Shown here: piece by piece, positions 17,734 to 27,739 of the stretch | Layout of the letters: every line of letters begins with the position of its first letter | Position numbering within the stretch: the stretch's first letter is position 1 | NCBI GenBank assembly: GCA_963422655.1 | Contig: OY730440.1 | Coordinates: 1,908,054 to 1,972,053 of the forward strand | Reading direction: 5' to 3' | Source: Acidimicrobiales bacterium | Lineage (GTDB): Bacteria > Actinomycetota > Acidimicrobiia > Acidimicrobiales > Aldehydirespiratoraceae | Length of the DNA: 64,000 bases | The notes under the pieces: generated by a model | Seen by the model: the letters and a program-made list of their open reading frames with translations, nothing else | Told to the model about the DNA's origin: nothing | The model's database searches: none | Program-made: the position numbers and the translations under genes

Positions 17734-18347
17734 ATCGGGCCGGGCCGGGCCAGCACGGCCGGGGCCGGTGAAGCCAGCAAGAGCGGCAACCGATCCAGGT
17801 AGTCCCGGCGAGAGAGGATGCCCGCCCCCAGCGATCGGAGATGGGGGGTGGCCCACTGGACATCGATCAGACGACGATGCTGATCACGCAAGCCTTCGAC
17901 CAAGGCGACCAGCGCCACCTTGGAAGCATCCCGGACCCGGTGGAACATCGATTCGCCTGCGAAAAGGCCGCCGATCGAAACTCCGTACAGCCCACCGGCC
18001 AACTCTGCGTCGAGCCAGGCTTCCACGCTGTGGGCGTAGCCGGCCCGGTGCAAATCGATGTAGGCGCTTCGGATCCGTTCGTCTATCCACCCCGAGGGCC
18101 GAGCCGGATCGGAACAGGCCTCGATGACGGCTTCGAAGGCGGTGTCGATCCGGATCTGGAACTTAGGACGGATCTGGCGCAGCGACCTGTGGACGATGAG
18201 GTCGTCGAGCTCGAGGACCCCCCGGGGATCCGGTGACCACCAGACCATGGGGCCGCCGGGTTCGGCCGGCATCGGAAAGAAACCTCGCCGGTAGGCGGCC
18301 AGCAGAGCGGCCGGCTCCAGCCCGGTCGAACTCGGATTCTGCCCCAT
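17715..18347 (-). CDS. aat: Leucyl/phenylalanyl-tRNA--protein transferase
   Basis: AYRRGFFP, WWSPDPR, AHSVE, GESMF, DASKVA. Confidence 0.95.
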   Translation of the reverse strand: MGQNPSSTGLEPAALLAAYRRGFFPMPAEPGGPMVWWSPDPRGVLELDDLIVHRSLRQIRPKFQIRIDTAFEAVIEACSDPARPSGWIDERIRSAYIDLHRAGYAHSVEAWLDAELAGGLYGVSIGGLFAGESMFHRVRDASKVALVALVEGLRDQHRRLIDVQWATPHLRSLGAGILSRRDYLDRLPLLLASPAPAVLARPGPIQAQPP

Positions 18348-18459
18348 GGCTATCCTGTGTCTCGCCGTCCCGGGCGCCTCGTTCCTGGCCGGCAGTTTCT
18401 GGTGGTCCCATGGTTGGGAGACGGGAGTGACGAAAGCCGACCTCTGGCCCGTTCGGGTT

Positions 18460-19386
18460 TCAGCTCTCCTCGATCGTGACCGAGTGAACGGTCACGGGCC
18501 GGGAAGGAGCCCCGCCGAGTTCTCCGGTATCGATGTGGAGGTCCATGATCGACTGCAACACGGCCAGCCCGACGGCGTCAGTAGCGCCGAACACCACGTA
18601 CACGCCCTGACTGTCGAGGTGAGCCGCGTTTGGTCCGGTGGTGAAGAAGAACTGGGCCCCGGCCGAGTCGATTCCCTGGGATCGAGCCATGACGATCTGG
18701 CCTGGTTCGTAGCGGTACGGTCCGACTGGTTCGCCAGTGGTCGGGTCGATGCCGAAGGCTGGTTCATCGCTGATCGTGTAGCCGGGCCCGGGATCGCCCG
18801 GGCTGTCGGTGTGAGGTGACCCGCCTTGGATGATGTCGATGGACGGATCGGTCCGAAACAGCAGGGTGCTGTCGTAGTAACCCCAGCGGGCCAGGGTGAC
18901 GAAGTTGTTGACCGTGCCCGGGGTGGAGGTCGTAGTCAGATCGAACCGGATCTCGCCTTCGCTCGTGTCGAACACAGCTGCGTAGTGCCGGGAAGGATCG
19001 ATACACAGGGGTGGAGGTCCTTCAAAGTCGAGGACCGGGCCCGAGGCGCCGTTCGGCTCGGGGCAGTCGCCGCTGCCGTAGGCGAACACGGCACCATTCA
19101 ACTCGGTTTGGAGGTCGGGTGGGGTATCCGATGGGGTGTCCGATTCGGTTGGAGGCAGGGAATCAGTTGAGATCTCGGTTGAGACGATGTCCAACTCGGT
19201 TCGGTCGGTGCTGCCGACGAAGAGTCCGGCTGCCAGTGATATCACCATGGAGATCACCAAGAGCCCGGCCGAACCGCCGACTAGGTAGCGCCGCCGCCGG
19301 ATCCGGCGAGCCTCGGCCGTTCTTTGAGCCTCGACGACTCTCGCCATTCGGACCCGGCGTTTCTTGACGTCACGATTGGTCGGCAC
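18460..19386 (-). CDS. Membrane-anchored cyclophilin-type peptidyl-prolyl isomerase
   Basis: N-terminal TM helix; TVNNFVTLA..GYY, QGG, GPGY, QFF. Confidence 0.9.
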   Translation of the reverse strand: MPTNRDVKKRRVRMARVVEAQRTAEARRIRRRRYLVGGSAGLLVISMVISLAAGLFVGSTDRTELDIVSTEISTDSLPPTESDTPSDTPPDLQTELNGAVFAYGSGDCPEPNGASGPVLDFEGPPPLCIDPSRHYAAVFDTSEGEIRFDLTTTSTPGTVNNFVTLARWGYYDSTLLFRTDPSIDIIQGGSPHTDSPGDPGPGYTISDEPAFGIDPTTGEPVGPYRYEPGQIVMARSQGIDSAGAQFFFTTGPNAAHLDSQGVYVVFGATDAVGLAVLQSIMDLHIDTGELGGAPSRPVTVHSVTIEES

Positions 19387-19454
19387 GGAACTGAAACTAC
19401 CGGGTGAGAGGCTTACCCTGATCGAAAGGCTCAGAATTCATAGACTTTCGGTTC

Positions 19455-19985
19455 GTGAGAGCGATGGTGTGCGGCATGGTGATCTCTGGTTTCGTCCTGC
19501 TCGGTTCGTCCTGCTCGACGTCGGGCGGCGGTGCCAGCGAGATTCCAGGCTCTTCTGACCCGACCCGCCCGGTCTCGCCGCCAACGATCGCAGGGGACGA
19601 TACCACGGTGGTCCAATCTGGCGGAGTAGTGAGGGTGGACGAGGCCACCTACGAGGTGAGCGTCACTTGTTACCGACCGAACCCCGATGTAGTGCTGGTC
19701 ACCGGGGGTGGGTTCGACCCGGAATCGGAAGAAGTGGTCAAAGTCTACATTGACGTCGATGACGATTCCCCATATGTAGGTATCTATCTGAACAACGGTG
19801 AGACGGTCATCGAAGCGAGCCTCAGTGAACCTCTCGATGTCTTCATGCAGGATGGGGTGATCCGAGCGGCGGCCATCCGTTTCGTGCGAGATCTCGACTT
19901 GGAGACGGGACTGAGCACACCAGCGGGGTTCGGCGAAGTAGAGATCATCTGTCGAGGTTTCGAAGAAACCCTTCCAACACAATGA
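19455..19985 (+). CDS. Putative lipoprotein of unknown function
   Basis: Signal peptide with lipobox LGSSC; TAGACT -10 just upstream. Confidence 0.7.
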   Translation: MRAMVCGMVISGFVLLGSSCSTSGGGASEIPGSSDPTRPVSPPTIAGDDTTVVQSGGVVRVDEATYEVSVTCYRPNPDVVLVTGGGFDPESEEVVKVYIDVDDDSPYVGIYLNNGETVIEASLSEPLDVFMQDGVIRAAAIRFVRDLDLETGLSTPAGFGEVEIICRGFEETLPTQ

Positions 19986-20028
19986 AGTTCTGTATTCTGG
20001 GACATTCTATATACGGCCGTTTCTTCCA

Positions 20029-21717
20029 TCAGGTCGTGGCCGATATTTTGGATTGTTGCTGAATGAGGATCGCTGCCATAGCGCAACTCAAGCCGAGAAG
20101 GAAGTTATACGACCCCATGGTGAGAAAATGTTGAAACGGTAAAGCAAATAAACCCAGCATGATCACCAGTCCGGTGACAATATCCCTGGTCAGGGACATT
20201 GTCATAGTCCAACGAATACGGATCAATGAGAACAGACCCAGCACAAACAGCAGTATCGGAATTATGCCAGCTTCTCCTAACAACATTATGTACACATTGT
20301 GGACACCCTCTGGTCGGCCATCGCGCTGGATGGGGTTACCCTCAATACTATGTAACTGATCCAAACCATGACCGAAGATAGGTGATTCCAGAGCCTTTTC
20401 GATGCCGCTTTCCCATTCCCTTATCCGCCTTTCCATGGAACTGTCAGTCCTACTCGATTCGCCCCTGATCGCTTTTACTACCTCACTTTGTTTTAGACCG
20501 GGCTGTAGATCTGGCACGATGGGCGTGTTACCGGACGCTGCCACTTCTTCAGATGTCGATGTGAGTGGGGTAGTTTCTTGCGGCGGCTGAACAGCGATTG
20601 AGGGTTGATCCACATTGTCGGGTTTCTCCAGTTGGGGGCTGGCGCACTGATAGGGGATGAAAGTCCGCCACTGTTGCCATTGCCCATCTTTGGGCCCCAG
20701 CCGGTAATGGTAAAGGGTGATGGTCTTGTTCTCAACGGGGGTTTGCCAGATCAGCATCGTGTGGTCGATCCCTGCTGTAGTGGTAAACCGAACTGTATCC
20801 CCAAGCTTTTGGTCTCTCAGCGGGCGCACCTCTACAGTGTAATCCTTCCCGGGAGTCAGCGTATCTTGTTCCGCCCCGTGAACTCTGTAAGTGGTGAAAG
20901 TGCAGTCAGTTGAGTGCAGTGTAAGTGCCAGCGGGTTGAAGTAATAAACCCCTATACTAGCCAAACAGAGAACAGTCAAGCCGACACAAAGGATCCCTTG
21001 TCGGAGTCGACTAATGTTTGACAGCAGAAACGACACCAAAAATATAGCAAGAACCAAAATCGAAGTTTTAGAAAACGTGTGAAATGCTGCGAGTACTCCT
21101 AGGGCCTGAGCCAGGTATCCAATGAGATACCGGCGGTTATAGAACACAAATATGGTCCCTATGGCTACCGTTATAGAAGCGATAAATCCCGCATTATTGG
21201 GATCAGTGAACGCTCCGGCATATCGATAGCGAAGGCTTTGATCTACAAAGAAGCCGAGATCTTGCAAAACAGGCGTAGCCAGAATAAAGGTTGAACTTAT
21301 AATCAGGATAACGAGCATCCATTTCAACAACGCCTCGACCCCAATTCTTTCTAAAATAAAGCGGCCACCAAGAATGGCCGATAAGGTAACAGTTGAGAAT
21401 AAGGCTAGGCGTGCTACATCCCGGATCTCCAACTCGGTGCCAGTAATGAGCGAGACGGTTGAGCTAATGATCAGATAAGAAGTCATCGTGGCCATAATCA
21501 ATAACCCAGGCGTGCCAATAGTCTTCCACGAGCGAATATCTATGAAACCTAGGAGGAATAGGCAACATATAGATACAGACACTAAGACGATCGGTCTTAT
21601 TGCAGTTCCCTGCATATTTGTGAGGGCCAGGGTAGCCAGGATCCAGAATGCAAACGTGATACACAAGACAGAGATGTGCTCTAATCTCTTCCAGAGAAAC
21701 GGTATCAGGGACAACAT
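20029..21717 (-). CDS. O-antigen ligase/Wzy-family membrane protein with inserted FN3-like domain
   Basis: Multi-TM; R..G.F.DPN, TFSK, R...W, PIFGHG, HNVY..LLGE.GI motifs; low GC. Confidence 0.85.
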   Translation of the reverse strand: MLSLIPFLWKRLEHISVLCITFAFWILATLALTNMQGTAIRPIVLVSVSICCLFLLGFIDIRSWKTIGTPGLLIMATMTSYLIISSTVSLITGTELEIRDVARLALFSTVTLSAILGGRFILERIGVEALLKWMLVILIISSTFILATPVLQDLGFFVDQSLRYRYAGAFTDPNNAGFIASITVAIGTIFVFYNRRYLIGYLAQALGVLAAFHTFSKTSILVLAIFLVSFLLSNISRLRQGILCVGLTVLCLASIGVYYFNPLALTLHSTDCTFTTYRVHGAEQDTLTPGKDYTVEVRPLRDQKLGDTVRFTTTAGIDHTMLIWQTPVENKTITLYHYRLGPKDGQWQQWRTFIPYQCASPQLEKPDNVDQPSIAVQPPQETTPLTSTSEEVAASGNTPIVPDLQPGLKQSEVVKAIRGESSRTDSSMERRIREWESGIEKALESPIFGHGLDQLHSIEGNPIQRDGRPEGVHNVYIMLLGEAGIIPILLFVLGLFSLIRIRWTMTMSLTRDIVTGLVIMLGLFALPFQHFLTMGSYNFLLGLSCAMAAILIQQQSKISATT

Positions 21718-21764
21718 GTGTTTATCCTTCAGCTACGTAGTTGAGTTGACCGCCAAAAGTGAGT

Positions 21765-22856
21765 CTAACTCCGGGCCAGACTGTGCAACTCGGAAGCCAC
21801 GCGATCATACCAGTTCGAGCTGCGAAAGTACTCCCCACGGCGTGTGGCGCCTTCGCACAGCCGTTGGTACAGCTCGGGGTGTTCGAGCAACCGCTCGATC
21901 GCGGCCTGGACCTCAGCAGCAGAACCAGGTTCCACGAGCAGTCCGCTCTCTTCGTGCTCGACGAGCTCGGGCACACCCCCCCACTTGGCAGCGATGACAG
22001 GTAGTCCACATTGAAAGGCCTCGAGAATGACACCAGGATATCCTTCGTATCTGCAATAGCTAGGGAACAGCAGTAGATCGTGCTTGCTGAGGGTCTGAGG
22101 CACTTCGGCCGGTTCCAGAACGCCTCTGTAAGACGCTCGGGGATGGTTCTCGAACCCGTGGAAGTCGGTGTCTGACATATGAGGACCGAAAACATTGAGA
22201 TGACAGTTCTCAGGCAGGTGATGGCATGCGTCAAGGGCTTCGGTCAGTCCTTTGGACATGTGTAACTGGCCGAGGAAGACGAGTTTTTTGACGTTCTTTC
22301 GCTGGTTAGTGCCGGGTGTCTCAATATCTCTGACATTGGGGAACCAGCGAAAATTGGCTGGGTTATCGAAGCTGCGGCACAACTGCTGTGTTTCAACGTA
22401 CACCAGTGAGGATCGCATATAGGTTCGATTGGCCAGCCCGCGGGTCAGAGCACTGTATCCCTCGTAGACTCCCCTCAAACCAGACCCGGAGAATCGCAAT
22501 ACCATGGGCTTGTGTGTGATCTTACACATAATCCATAGCGATGAAGCTACGACCGTCGCTGAATAAGGTGCGATAATCAGGAATACGATCTGAGAGTGCC
22601 GGAGCTTCTTAGCAGCTTTCCAAACTACCCGGATGAACCTAGCGAGGCGGATTATCCGAATCTTCCAGGTAGATATATTAGTCACACTCCCCGATGTATC
22701 AATGATATCCAGATCGAAACCTCGCATGCTCAATTCACGGACCGACTCCGAAGCCAGCACTTTGTTGCCACCGATAACATTGGTTTCGGATCTTCCGGTA
22801 TCCGGGAGTGGGCCGATAAGAAGTATGGTCGGCCTTCGACTGTCTTTTTTGGTCAA
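21765..22856 (-). CDS. Glycosyltransferase family 4
   Basis: KGL, FPSY..EGYPGVILEA..G.PVI. Confidence 0.92.
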   Translation of the reverse strand: MTKKDSRRPTILLIGPLPDTGRSETNVIGGNKVLASESVRELSMRGFDLDIIDTSGSVTNISTWKIRIIRLARFIRVVWKAAKKLRHSQIVFLIIAPYSATVVASSLWIMCKITHKPMVLRFSGSGLRGVYEGYSALTRGLANRTYMRSSLVYVETQQLCRSFDNPANFRWFPNVRDIETPGTNQRKNVKKLVFLGQLHMSKGLTEALDACHHLPENCHLNVFGPHMSDTDFHGFENHPRASYRGVLEPAEVPQTLSKHDLLLFPSYCRYEGYPGVILEAFQCGLPVIAAKWGGVPELVEHEESGLLVEPGSAAEVQAAIERLLEHPELYQRLCEGATRRGEYFRSSNWYDRVASELHSLARS

Positions 22857-22929
22857 CGCAGTTCCATTCCTTGAATACTGAGGGCAAAGGTGAGCAGTCC
22901 AGCTCCGTTTCGGTTATTGGATTGGTTGG

Positions 22930-24306
22930 TTACGAAGAAGTGGGTATTTCTCTTGGTCTGCGGGTGAACACAGATCGGCTTGCAGCTCGCAAGAAACTTG
23001 CATCGCTGGTTCGTGGGAACCAGGTCGAGAGCCAAGCCACTCGGGTTGTTCTGTGGTAAACGACCATGAGAAGAAGATATCGGCATATCATGCCGGCAGT
23101 CATGGCCCAGGCTGCGGCTTCGACGTCAAGTTTTGAGTAGAGCAAGAGAAGCGTGCAGAGGTTGACACACAGTCCCAAAAAGACTGCCCACGAACAGATA
23201 GCGGGGAGGTTAGTGCCTTTGAAGTGTGTCATGAGTATCCCGGAAGCGGCATATGCAAGTATACCGGGTGCGATGATCCAAAGCAGCGGAACTACCGGCA
23301 GGAAAGCTTCCGAAAGAAGGAGGCCGATCAGTGGTGTACTGAGCACGAGAAAAGTAATAAGAGGAACGGCGGTAAATATAGAGACAAGGCGTAAGCAGAG
23401 CGCAACCAGTTCGGTATGCCCGGTGCCTGCAATACGAGGTAGCAGTGCTTTCCCGATCGAGTTAGATATCAACATGAAGGCGAGCATGAATGCACTTGCC
23501 GTGGAGAACAGACCAATTTCGGTCTGGCTCGATATCAACCCGAGAACCACAACACCGATTTGAGGTTCTAGAGCGTTTCCGATCCGCGCTATATGGAATT
23601 TAAAACCGTAGCTGAGAATGCGAGTTAAGTTCTGGCGGCGGGGCATCTCGAAGGCCAGCCCGCAATGCTTTCGCAGGTCTAGTAAACAAGCGACTACCAT
23701 GACGAAATGACCGATGGCGAATGATACGACCGCTCCGTTCACCCCAAGCCTTTGGTACCAAACAAAAATCAGGATTGTCAGCATATTCACTACGACACGG
23801 AGCATTGAGAAAATCGCTAGACGCCTGAAGCGTCTGTGGGCAACGAGTTGATGATCGAGCGATACAGAGATCACCGTAAGCGGAATCAATAGAAGCGTAA
23901 GTAGGAATGTGTTTGTCTCTGCTCTTTGGAAGAAGCTGATATCGCTGTAGATCAGCGGAATCGCCAGTGCGACAGCGGATCCTCCACCGATGAGACCGAT
24001 GATCATGGCAGAGGACACGCCTTGAGAAACACTTATATGTCTCGCCATGACAAAGTACTGTGTACCCTGGGCAGCACCAGGCGTGAAGGCTAAACCGAGT
24101 AGAGTCCCGAACACAATACAGACGGCATAGGCCCCTCTTCCTTCGGGACGAAGGATATTGGAAAGGATTACCTGTATCAGGAAGCTCAGTACAGCCACAC
24201 CGGCCAAGGTCAGGAACATTACAGACACGTCCTGCCCGCCGGTTGTGCCTGGAACTTTTAGAACATCTGCTTTTCTTGGCTTCAATTTGAAAGGATGCTC
24301 TTGCAA
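22930..24306 (-). CDS. Polysaccharide flippase (Wzx/MOP family)
   Basis: About 12 TM helices, L.PEGRG.Y motif, flanked by GTs. Confidence 0.85.
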   Translation of the reverse strand: MQEHPFKLKPRKADVLKVPGTTGGQDVSVMFLTLAGVAVLSFLIQVILSNILRPEGRGAYAVCIVFGTLLGLAFTPGAAQGTQYFVMARHISVSQGVSSAMIIGLIGGGSAVALAIPLIYSDISFFQRAETNTFLLTLLLIPLTVISVSLDHQLVAHRRFRRLAIFSMLRVVVNMLTILIFVWYQRLGVNGAVVSFAIGHFVMVVACLLDLRKHCGLAFEMPRRQNLTRILSYGFKFHIARIGNALEPQIGVVVLGLISSQTEIGLFSTASAFMLAFMLISNSIGKALLPRIAGTGHTELVALCLRLVSIFTAVPLITFLVLSTPLIGLLLSEAFLPVVPLLWIIAPGILAYAASGILMTHFKGTNLPAICSWAVFLGLCVNLCTLLLLYSKLDVEAAAWAMTAGMICRYLLLMVVYHRTTRVAWLSTWFPRTSDASFLRAASRSVFTRRPREIPTSS

Positions 24307-24312
24307 GCAGAT

Positions 24313-25353
24313 CTAATCCAGCGGTGTGCCGGGCCGGATATCATGTCGGCCCCCTCTGGAGAGCCGGGCCGGAACCAAGAAGCCGATCCCCCAGCTCAGG
24401 TGCATGGCTGTGAGAACCAGCGGAAGGAAGGCAACCAACGCTTCCCGCCGCCTGAAACCCACGACCACCGACCCGACCACAATGGTCATGATGTATGTAA
24501 ACAGAAGGATCGCTATTGGCCCCAAGATTCCGACGAGGGCCAACACCCCCCCAGCCGCAAAAGCCAGAACCAACGCAGGAGAGGCAAGGTGGCGAAGGCG
24601 GGCCGAAGTCGGGTGTTTCCAAATCACAACTGACTTCCATCGTCCGTAATTGAAATATTGGTTTGTCAGTGCCCAGAGCGTGCTCCGAGGCCGGTAACTC
24701 GATACCAGTTCTGGATCGAACCATATGATCTTCCCCTGCTTCCGCAACCGGTAGTTGAGTTCGTAGTCCTGATTTCGAGCCAGTGAGGTATCGTATCCTC
24801 CGATCTCTTCCAGAGTCTCCCGCCGGAACACGCCCAGAAAAGCGGTATCGGTGACTCCTTCTTTTCCCCTCAGACGATGGCGAGAGTTGCCCACTCCCAG
24901 TGGGGTGGTCATAGCTATCGCGACGGTCTTTTCGAATAGGGTAGTTCCTACCGGTTGTTGCCATCCACCGATATTTGCTGCGCCTGTCCGCTCCAACGTT
25001 TCCACGGCTCGACTCACGTACTCGGTTGGAAAAGTAACGTGAGAGTCACATCGTATTATGATATCGCCGGTTGCCGACTCAAAGCCCAAGTTGCCTCCGT
25101 GCCCCGTAGATTTATCCGGATTCGCAATTAGCCGTACCTCCGGGTAGTCCTGCCGGATGAGTTCAGATGTAGCTGGCGTGTCGGAACCATCGGCTACGAG
25201 AATTTCTATCGGACCTGCGTAGTCTTGGGCCAGGATCGAATCTATACTTTGAGATATATACGCTTCAGCATTGCGAGTCGGGATCACTACCGAAATGCTA
25301 GGGGGTATTGAAGAAACTTCTGAGTCTGAGTTTGGGGAATTATGGGTGTTCAT
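24313..25353 (-). CDS. Glycosyltransferase family 2 (ExoA-like)
   Basis: SVVIP, R.DSH, RNQDYELN.R, C-terminal TM helices. Confidence 0.92.
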   Translation of the reverse strand: MNTHNSPNSDSEVSSIPPSISVVIPTRNAEAYISQSIDSILAQDYAGPIEILVADGSDTPATSELIRQDYPEVRLIANPDKSTGHGGNLGFESATGDIIIRCDSHVTFPTEYVSRAVETLERTGAANIGGWQQPVGTTLFEKTVAIAMTTPLGVGNSRHRLRGKEGVTDTAFLGVFRRETLEEIGGYDTSLARNQDYELNYRLRKQGKIIWFDPELVSSYRPRSTLWALTNQYFNYGRWKSVVIWKHPTSARLRHLASPALVLAFAAGGVLALVGILGPIAILLFTYIMTIVVGSVVVGFRRREALVAFLPLVLTAMHLSWGIGFLVPARLSRGGRHDIRPGTPLD

Positions 25354-25391
25354 GAGTGGATATTCATTTAGATCGTTTGGTACGGTCCCTG

Positions 25392-25421
25392 GTGAAGCTC
25401 ACTGTCGTGAAGCTCACTGTC
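25392..25421. repeat. Perfect 15-bp tandem duplication GTGAAGCTCACTGTC x2
   Basis: Read directly, upstream of the GT2 gene. Confidence 0.85.
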
Positions 25422-25489
25422 ATATTCCTGATTACTGGGTATGAGCGGACTGGTATCGAAATCAAGTTGAGATAGATCGGACAAGGGGT

Positions 25490-26299
25490 TTAGTTCGGGC
25501 AGCCTGTTTCTGTGAGTATCTGGGGTAGTCGGCCTGATTTGAAGGATGTCACCACACCGTCGACAACATTGAATACGACTCGGTAGTTGCGGTCCCCAGG
25601 ATCAGTAGGTACGAAGATGAGGTCGGTACTGTTGTCGGGCTGAGTTTTGCGTTGGATCTTGTCGCCGAAAAGGCCGATCACCACGTCTTGGGTTGTGCCG
25701 ATGCCTACACCGGATCGGGTGGTGATAGGGCCGTCTTTGATGTCGACGCGTTCGATGGTTCCCTCATGGACCAGAAATGTGATCCCTTCGGGGCCTTCAT
25801 GCGGCACGGTGTGGAAACATTCGGTTGACGAGTTCAGAGGGATAAAGACCGTTCCAGCCGCTTCTTGTGCCCTGTTCACGGTCATCCCGAAGGTCACCGC
25901 GCCTAAGCCGACAGTGGACACGGCCGAGTCGGCATCAAGGGTAGGCGGTCCGTAGTCGTCGGCGTTGGGAGGCACGGTGGTAGGCACCGGGATGGTCGTT
26001 GGCGGTGGCTCGGTCGTGACGGTGGTGACGGTGGTGACGATGGTGACCTCGCTGGTGCTGGGGGCGGGGTTCGGTTCCTGTTCGGTTCCGTCGACCTCGG
26101 TTTCTTCTGCCTGCACTGTGGCTTGGTCGCCGTCGTTACCGGTCAAGAGCCATGCGCCGGCTCCGGCCAGAGCGATGAGTACGGCTACGACACTCAGGAT
26201 CAGCCCCCACCTGATGCGGGGTGGTTCATGGAGAGCCCTGTACGGGGTCGGGTCGTAAGACTGCGGTTCCTGCTCGATGGCTATAAGACTACGTGCCAT
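25490..26299 (-). CDS. Single-pass membrane protein with Thr/Pro linker and extracellular domain
   Basis: TM helix, T/P-rich stalk, T.SGVGIG motif, two Cys; start uncertain. Confidence 0.7.
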   Translation of the reverse strand: MARSLIAIEQEPQSYDPTPYRALHEPPRIRWGLILSVVAVLIALAGAGAWLLTGNDGDQATVQAEETEVDGTEQEPNPAPSTSEVTIVTTVTTVTTEPPPTTIPVPTTVPPNADDYGPPTLDADSAVSTVGLGAVTFGMTVNRAQEAAGTVFIPLNSSTECFHTVPHEGPEGITFLVHEGTIERVDIKDGPITTRSGVGIGTTQDVVIGLFGDKIQRKTQPDNSTDLIFVPTDPGDRNYRVVFNVVDGVVTSFKSGRLPQILTETGCPN

Positions 26300-27545
26300 T
26301 AGCCCGTCACGCTCAACACTGGCCCATGTCGGGTCCATAGCCCACCGAACCCGAGTACTGGTAGGCTTGGTGCTAGCCGTTGCCGCCGTGACCTCGAGCT
26401 GCGGCGACGGGAGTGCTCCGGGGGCCGTCACCGGCGGGGCCGAGGTTCTCACCGCCACTACTACTGCCGCCACGACTGAGTCCGCTGGGCCTGTACCTGC
26501 CGCCACGACTGCTGCCGGGACTACGTCCTCTGTGGCCGGTGAGCCCACTGCGGTGGCCGCCCGCCCGTCTGAGTGCACGGACCGGATTCCGCTGGCGACG
26601 GCCGCCGGTCAATTGGTACTGGCTCTGGCGGCCCAATCCGGGATCGGTGACCTCACCGGCGCCTTGATCGACGGCCGCCTCGGTGGTCTGGTACTCGTTG
26701 GTGACTTGGATGTCGGCATTGGTGCTGCTTTGGCCCCGCTGGCCCGAGTCTGGCCGCCACCGATAGTTGCCGTCGATGAGGAGGGTGGTTCTGTTCAGCG
26801 TCTCGGCTCCGTCTTGGGGGAACTGCCCTCGGCTCGGTTCGTGGGCGACAGCGGCGACCCGACCGTTGCTTTCGAGCTGGGTCGCGCCCGGGCCGCCGGT
26901 GCGGCCGGTCTGGGAATCACCATGATCCTGGCCCCCAATCTCGATGTCGGGAACTCATCGGGTGTGGTCGAGCGGACCTACGGTGACGACGCCGATACGG
27001 TGACAAGATTCGGACTGGCTTACGCGGCCGGTCTGACTGTCGGTGGTGTAGTGCCGGTGGTCAAGCACTTTCCCGGGCATGGATCGACCGAAGCCGATTC
27101 GCATTTGGTGCTGCCGGTCACGCCACCGCTCGACCGTCTGCGCCGAGCCGACCTGGTGCCCTTCGTCGCGGCTGCCCGCCGGGTCCCGGCCGTGATGATG
27201 GGCCATCTGGCCGTTCCCGGCCTCACCGGCAGCGAACCGGCCACCCTGTCGGGCCCTGCGGTCGATCTGCTGCGAAAGGATCTGGGGTTCGGAGGCCTGC
27301 TGATGACCGACGATCTGGCCATGGATGCTCTCGACCCCCTCACCGTGGCCGAAGCGGCCGAACTGGCCTTGGCGGCGGGCCACGATCTACTCATCGCCGG
27401 CCCCTCACAGGACGCCGTGACGGCCGTAGATCGTCTGGCGGATGCAGTTACGGACGGGCGACTCGACCGCAGCCGAATCGATCAGGCCCTGATCCGAGTG
27501 CTGGCCGTCAAAGGCCTCGATCCCTGCGCCATGGTTGCCGGGTGA
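26277..27545 (+). CDS. GH3 beta-N-acetylhexosaminidase-like lipoprotein
   Basis: VDEEGG.VQR, KHFPGHG...DSH, TDDLAM; lipobox VTSSC; true start unclear (see findings). Confidence 0.88.
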   Translation: MAIRLRAISPSRSTLAHVGSIAHRTRVLVGLVLAVAAVTSSCGDGSAPGAVTGGAEVLTATTTAATTESAGPVPAATTAAGTTSSVAGEPTAVAARPSECTDRIPLATAAGQLVLALAAQSGIGDLTGALIDGRLGGLVLVGDLDVGIGAALAPLARVWPPPIVAVDEEGGSVQRLGSVLGELPSARFVGDSGDPTVAFELGRARAAGAAGLGITMILAPNLDVGNSSGVVERTYGDDADTVTRFGLAYAAGLTVGGVVPVVKHFPGHGSTEADSHLVLPVTPPLDRLRRADLVPFVAAARRVPAVMMGHLAVPGLTGSEPATLSGPAVDLLRKDLGFGGLLMTDDLAMDALDPLTVAEAAELALAAGHDLLIAGPSQDAVTAVDRLADAVTDGRLDRSRIDQALIRVLAVKGLDPCAMVAG

Positions 27546-27589
27546 GCCCGAGTGAACCATTACGAGCGCTGGAAGTTCTCGAGCATGTG

Positions 27590-27665
27590 TGGTGGGCCGC
27601 CCGGGGCTCGAACCCGGCACCTTGGGATTAAAAGTCCCCTGCTCTACCCGATGAGCTAGCGACCC
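27590..27665 (-). tRNA. tRNA-Lys(TTT)
   Basis: 76 nt, anticodon loop CT-TTT-AA, GGTTCGAG, encoded CCA. Confidence 0.96.
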
Positions 27666-27739
27666 TCTGTGAGCGTAGGCCGTGAACGGCCCGTTCCGAT
27701 CCCGGAGACAGCCTCCGGCCGCCTACCTAGGATGAAGCA

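Noticed and set aside
19990-27665. Island integrated at tRNA-Lys
   Set aside because: No duplicated tRNA 3' end and no integrase seen
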